NCBI GenBank assembly: GCA_965233535.1
Contig: OZ247489.1
Span: 254,566-318,565 of the forward strand
Source: Rickettsiales bacterium
GTDB taxonomy: Bacteria; Pseudomonadota; Alphaproteobacteria; CAJXXZ01; 1604HC
Length of the DNA: 64,000 nt
Direction: 5' to 3'
The notes below the pieces were generated by a model that ran no database searches, was not told the origin of the DNA, and was given only the letters and a program-made list of their open reading frames with translations. This document shows positions 61,301-64,000 of the stretch, piece after piece. Made by a program: the position numbers and the translations under genes. Position 1 is the stretch's first letter, and the number at the start of each line of letters is the position of its first letter.

Positions 61301-61634
61301 TATAATTACAAATAAATATCCCAAATTAGATAAAGAATTAGCTAGAAAAATATCAGTTGATATGTTGAAAATTGCCTTGATCAAAGAAAAAGATATGAAA
61401 AAAACAATATTCAAAGCATTAAAAAGTGTTGAAAATTCAGCAGATATAAAAAGCAAAGTAAAAGAATTGTTTGCAAATGCAAAAAATGCATTTAAATGCA
61501 AAAGTGAATTAGAATTGGCTAAAGATGAGCTTACCAGAAAATGGCATATTATTGCTGAAAAAACTACAATGCAAAAGGCAAATGAACAGTTGCAGAAAGC
61601 AAAGCAAGAAGCTCAAGAGAGATCCGAAGGCTAA
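58383..61634 (+). CDS. Secreted orphan protein, family D, copy 2 (IQ-like motif plus long coiled coil)
   Basis: MNNRKLIS signal; CD.AA, GSNS.L.F, ANK.L, LIF, LALD.IM shared with copy 1; AAIQIQRFWR. Confidence 0.85.
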   Translation: MNNRKLISLVVSVLASNGVNAKSQALVTRCDKAASDYISVQENAEIAKGSNSILYFDNQSIVFRANKELNSDKHKLSSGDCLIFNDEQAQKIKLLIGEININKLIKLALDEIMSIANFETFNDQSMQGGAVTFAFNNADAFAISKSEALNRLLSAENGIKMSKNLYGKELKTMIEFIKDTFDLEGVDLTKYNIQENTLQLFIVKNVEFILRARSTDEIINQIESSQKQEEAAIQIQRFWRNNYPVKSEGLTSRSDTNLSSQSSDIVKELISAGTSTDDMGSDQNDSQSEIYKHLIQEEDIEYMMRKMIERLEEAEEKAKIEAEAKVDLEVKLASNAAKAKASSEKLLEAKAISDAEIKRITEENSKEAADRLAEAERAKAEAELSQIANKEIQKQLDTVKKLNEEKGELVKDNAEIQKQLKAQVNLANAEIQKQAVGFEKQLAVLEKTKEAAEANARKLEEAVRLAENEKAESARQFEVKLASNMKKAEKANAEIEKQQGVVKKSNQEKDELSEQLGVSNKEKEGLAKQLQAKSEDAEELKNNHAIQVAKYEEDATKAREQLKEANAESQKAKAKLEEKAEALQAQAADAARLAEESKAKAAVAEIAKSSADAEIQKQLKGLQAKLEASKKEAKHSAEQEKKERENIEISTKNMMADFKKEIKELEAKNQKQAKELAAVKANAESEAKASSEKLAAANAAHDAEVEAVEENARKLEMQLSVSEKANAQTAEAARLAEANAKLEQSNQEKDELVKDNAESQKQLKDLQAKSAADEEKFNLVKVENQKIQTAKENAKTSHDLYLKTKESVESDSAYAEISVEVKGNIDQYVGNLQNEADVRYETNKCLRDALTEKDILAILMKETKMKLQNAKTFEDIDAIFDASEISKLLGKVNYKEKKFSNIKKQLIEKFNGKTAEQCKNNMPKSVGIQDEGYCSKFFEQQVSGISQLAFEKLTYMQGQDIPQEEWESELQCGIITNKYPKLDKELARKISVDMLKIALIKEKDMKKTIFKALKSVENSADIKSKVKELFANAKNAFKCKSELELAKDELTRKWHIIAEKTTMQKANEQLQKAKQEAQERSEG

Positions 61635-62077
61635 GAAAGTTGTTATTCAAACCCCTCCACAAAACAACTAATAAATTTTGAGTTTGTAATAAATATATTG
61701 AATATTATAATTCTTAGTTATCAATTGTTCAGTAGAAATTATATGAAAAGTGAAATGACTCAATGCTCATAAAATTTTGTGTATTTCAATTTATGTTGTT
61801 AAGTAATATTATATTTGTATTTTATAGATTTGTATTCAGATAAAAAAGGTTTAATGATTTTTGTTTTCTTTAGTTTGTATATGCTAACTGATATAAATAA
61901 TTTTTTCACAAAACATATATATATCACTTATTATATTTATAATTTACTTATTAATATTGCTTATATTTATCTTTTTATATTAATTTACTTTGTCATCAAT
62001 TAATTTAATAAAAATATGAAAATACTATTAGTCAAGTCTTTAGATTATTATGATTTTTATGTATCATGAAAACATAA

Positions 62078-64000
62078 ATGAATTATACGATCAATGATAG
62101 AAACAATAAGAAAGTACCTGTTGAAATTAGAGGGAAATTTAAAAAAGTTTTGAGAGATACGGAAAAAGGTACTGATACTTTGTCTAGTCAGGAAAAAGAT
62201 GCAAGAGGTTCTGCTTTTCAAAAACACTTTAGTGGAAATTTGAATGATAAATACAACAAGCCTGCTCCTAGAACTCCTTACAAAGATTATAAGAGTGTTA
62301 GAGTTGAAAGAGTAAGAAAAACTTCTGAAGCACATAGTGAGAGAAATGATGCTAAAAGAGAGCTTTTAAGTCAAACTATATCTGGAAACAAGTTAAATCC
62401 TTTGAATAAAATTTTACGTAATGATGAAGATGGAAAGTCCAAGATTTTTAAGACTTATACTCCTAAAGAAACTGCTGATAGAGACAGGCCATTTCAAAGA
62501 AGATTTGATGGTAGAGATGGACCAAGGCCTGGTGGATTTAGATCAGGTCCAGGAGGGTTTGCGGGATCAAGAGGTGATTCTTCAAGACCAGGATTTAGCC
62601 CAAGGCCTGGTGGTTTTAATAGGTCAGGTTCTGGAGAAGGTGGATTTAGATCAGGTCCAGGAGGATTTGCGGGATCAAGAGGTGATTCTTCAAGACCAGG
62701 ATTTAGCCCAAGGCCTGGTGGTTTTAATAGGTCAGGTTCTGGAGAAGGTGGATTTAGATCAGGTCCAGGAGGATTTGCGGGATCAAGAGGTGATTCTTCA
62801 AGACCAGGGTTTAGCCCAAGGCCAGGTGGTTTTAACAGATCAAATTCTGGAGAAGGTGGATTTAGCCCAAGACCTGGAGGATTCGGATCAAGGCCTGGTG
62901 GATTTAGTCCAAGACCCGGAGGTTTTAACAGATCAAATTCTGGAGAAGGTGGTTTTAGTCCAAGATCAGGAGGATTTGGATCAAGGCCGGGTGGATTTAG
63001 TCCAAGACCTGGTGGTTTTAACAGATCAAACGAAGGTGGATTTAGCCCAAGACCTGGAGGATTCGGATCAAGGCCGGGTGGATTTAGTCCAAGACCTGGC
63101 GGATTTGGTGGATCAAGCGGTGGGTCAAGAGGTGAATTTGTCTCAAGATCATCTAATGGATTCGGTAGATCAAGCTTTGGAGAAGGTGGATTTGGATCAA
63201 GAACACCTAATAGTGGATTTGGAGCTAAATCATTTCAAAAACCAGCAAATGGAAGGAAATTTTCTAAGCCAGAGCATGGAGCAGATAGGCGTAATAGTAG
63301 ATTTAGAAATGAATTTAATCACTCAGATGAGAGATTTTCACATCAATTATTAGGAAAAATAAATTCTGCAGATGATGTGGAGTTGGAGTCTGGTTCATAT
63401 TACAAAAGACCAAGAGTCGCTAGAAAATCTAGAGATGAAGTTATAAGAAATGTTTTGATTCCATTTGAAGGTATAGAACCATCTGATTTAGCTAATAAAA
63501 TGGCTGTAAAAATAAATATTTTACAGTCAAAATTAAAAGATTTAGAGATTTCACACACTTCGTTAATTGATTCTCAAATTGCATTAGCTTTAGTTGAAGA
63601 AATGGGTCATACAGGTCAAATTGCTCAGCAAGAAATGAATATTATTGCTGATGAAGGTAATGCAGATGATTACGAATCAAGATGTCCAGTTGTGACTGTG
63701 GTTGGTCATGTTGATCATGGAAAAACATCCTTACTTGATGCGTTAAGAAAATCAGACACAGTATCAGGAGAATCTGGTGGAATTACTCAATCAATTGGTG
63801 CATCTCAAGTGTTCTTAGATAGCAAAAAAGATAGTAAGAAGTTTGTTACTTTTGTAGATACACCTGGTCATGAAGCATTTACTTCTATGAGAATTAGAGG
63901 TGTGAAAATTACTGATATAGTTATTTTGGTTATTGCATCAGATGATGGAATTAAAGATCAAACTATTGAAGCTATTCAACATATAAAAGCTTCTGAAGTT
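62078..64000 (+). CDS. infB: Translation initiation factor IF-2 (3'-partial; absent from the ORF track because it has no stop in the window)
   Basis: ATG at 62078 is in frame with [42 protein letters not shown]. Confidence 0.95.
   Translation, partial: MNYTINDRNNKKVPVEIRGKFKKVLRDTEKGTDTLSSQEKDARGSAFQKHFSGNLNDKYNKPAPRTPYKDYKSVRVERVRKTSEAHSERNDAKRELLSQTISGNKLNPLNKILRNDEDGKSKIFKTYTPKETADRDRPFQRRFDGRDGPRPGGFRSGPGGFAGSRGDSSRPGFSPRPGGFNRSGSGEGGFRSGPGGFAGSRGDSSRPGFSPRPGGFNRSGSGEGGFRSGPGGFAGSRGDSSRPGFSPRPGGFNRSNSGEGGFSPRPGGFGSRPGGFSPRPGGFNRSNSGEGGFSPRSGGFGSRPGGFSPRPGGFNRSNEGGFSPRPGGFGSRPGGFSPRPGGFGGSSGGSRGEFVSRSSNGFGRSSFGEGGFGSRTPNSGFGAKSFQKPANGRKFSKPEHGADRRNSRFRNEFNHSDERFSHQLLGKINSADDVELESGSYYKRPRVARKSRDEVIRNVLIPFEGIEPSDLANKMAVKINILQSKLKDLEISHTSLIDSQIALALVEEMGHTGQIAQQEMNIIADEGNADDYESRCPVVTVVGHVDHGKTSLLDALRKSDTVSGESGGITQSIGASQVFLDSKKDSKKFVTFVDTPGHEAFTSMRIRGVKITDIVILVIASDDGIKDQTIEAIQHIKASEV
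62531..63110 (+). repeat. Coding tandem repeats in the IF-2 N-terminus: 3 x 108 bp, then shorter [14 protein letters not shown] units
   Basis: ggtggatttagatcaggtcc at 62531, 62639 and 62747. Confidence 0.92.

Noticed and set aside
61815-62003. 62-aa ORF in the AT-rich gap before infB
   Set aside because: TTG start and I/Y/F/N-dominated composition are typical of random AT-rich DNA.
2203-62335. Many 60-160-aa ORFs antisense to or overlapping real genes (e.g. 20610-21092, 26296-26775, 44409-44828)
   Set aside because: They are shadows of well-supported genes and carry no independent motifs.
62531-63110. Possible CRISPR array
   Set aside because: The repeats are contiguous, in-frame coding units with no unique spacers, and no cas genes are present.
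62421-63353. 310-aa ORF with DLDQVQ repeats
   Set aside because: It is an alternate-frame shadow of the infB repeats; the frame starting at 62078 leads into the IF-2 GTPase motifs.

Overview
Very AT-rich, gene-dense window from what looks like a reduced alphaproteobacterial endosymbiont genome (Holosporales/Rickettsiales-like). This is inferred from CtrA, tRNA-Tyr/tRNA-Gly/tuf, gatCAB, a GTA-type terminase and fast-evolving housekeeping genes. The backbone is housekeeping: mutL, udg, iscA, thrS-infC, tuf, gatCAB, engB, alaS, ctrA, fabH-plsX-rpmF, a frameshifted rnj, murA, ftsW, ssb, gyrA, dnaN, rodA, trpS, pgsA, dut, a 3'-partial infB, and four tRNAs. Four tandem clusters of orphan signal-peptide proteins (10 genes) sit in this backbone. 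In three clusters the members share an N-terminus but have unrelated C-terminal cargo. Main candidates: (1) a secreted protein with two OTU-like Cys/His domains flanking two ubiquitin-interacting motifs; (2) a stand-alone ThrRS editing-domain gene coupled to a thrS whose own editing site has decayed; (3) positionally conserved CtrA boxes in the promoters of two secreted paralogs; (4) other eukaryote-like motifs (IQ, LIR-like) in the secreted cargo; (5) apparently widespread leaderless promoters. No CRISPR, rRNA or transposase was seen. All calls are by eye, without database searches.
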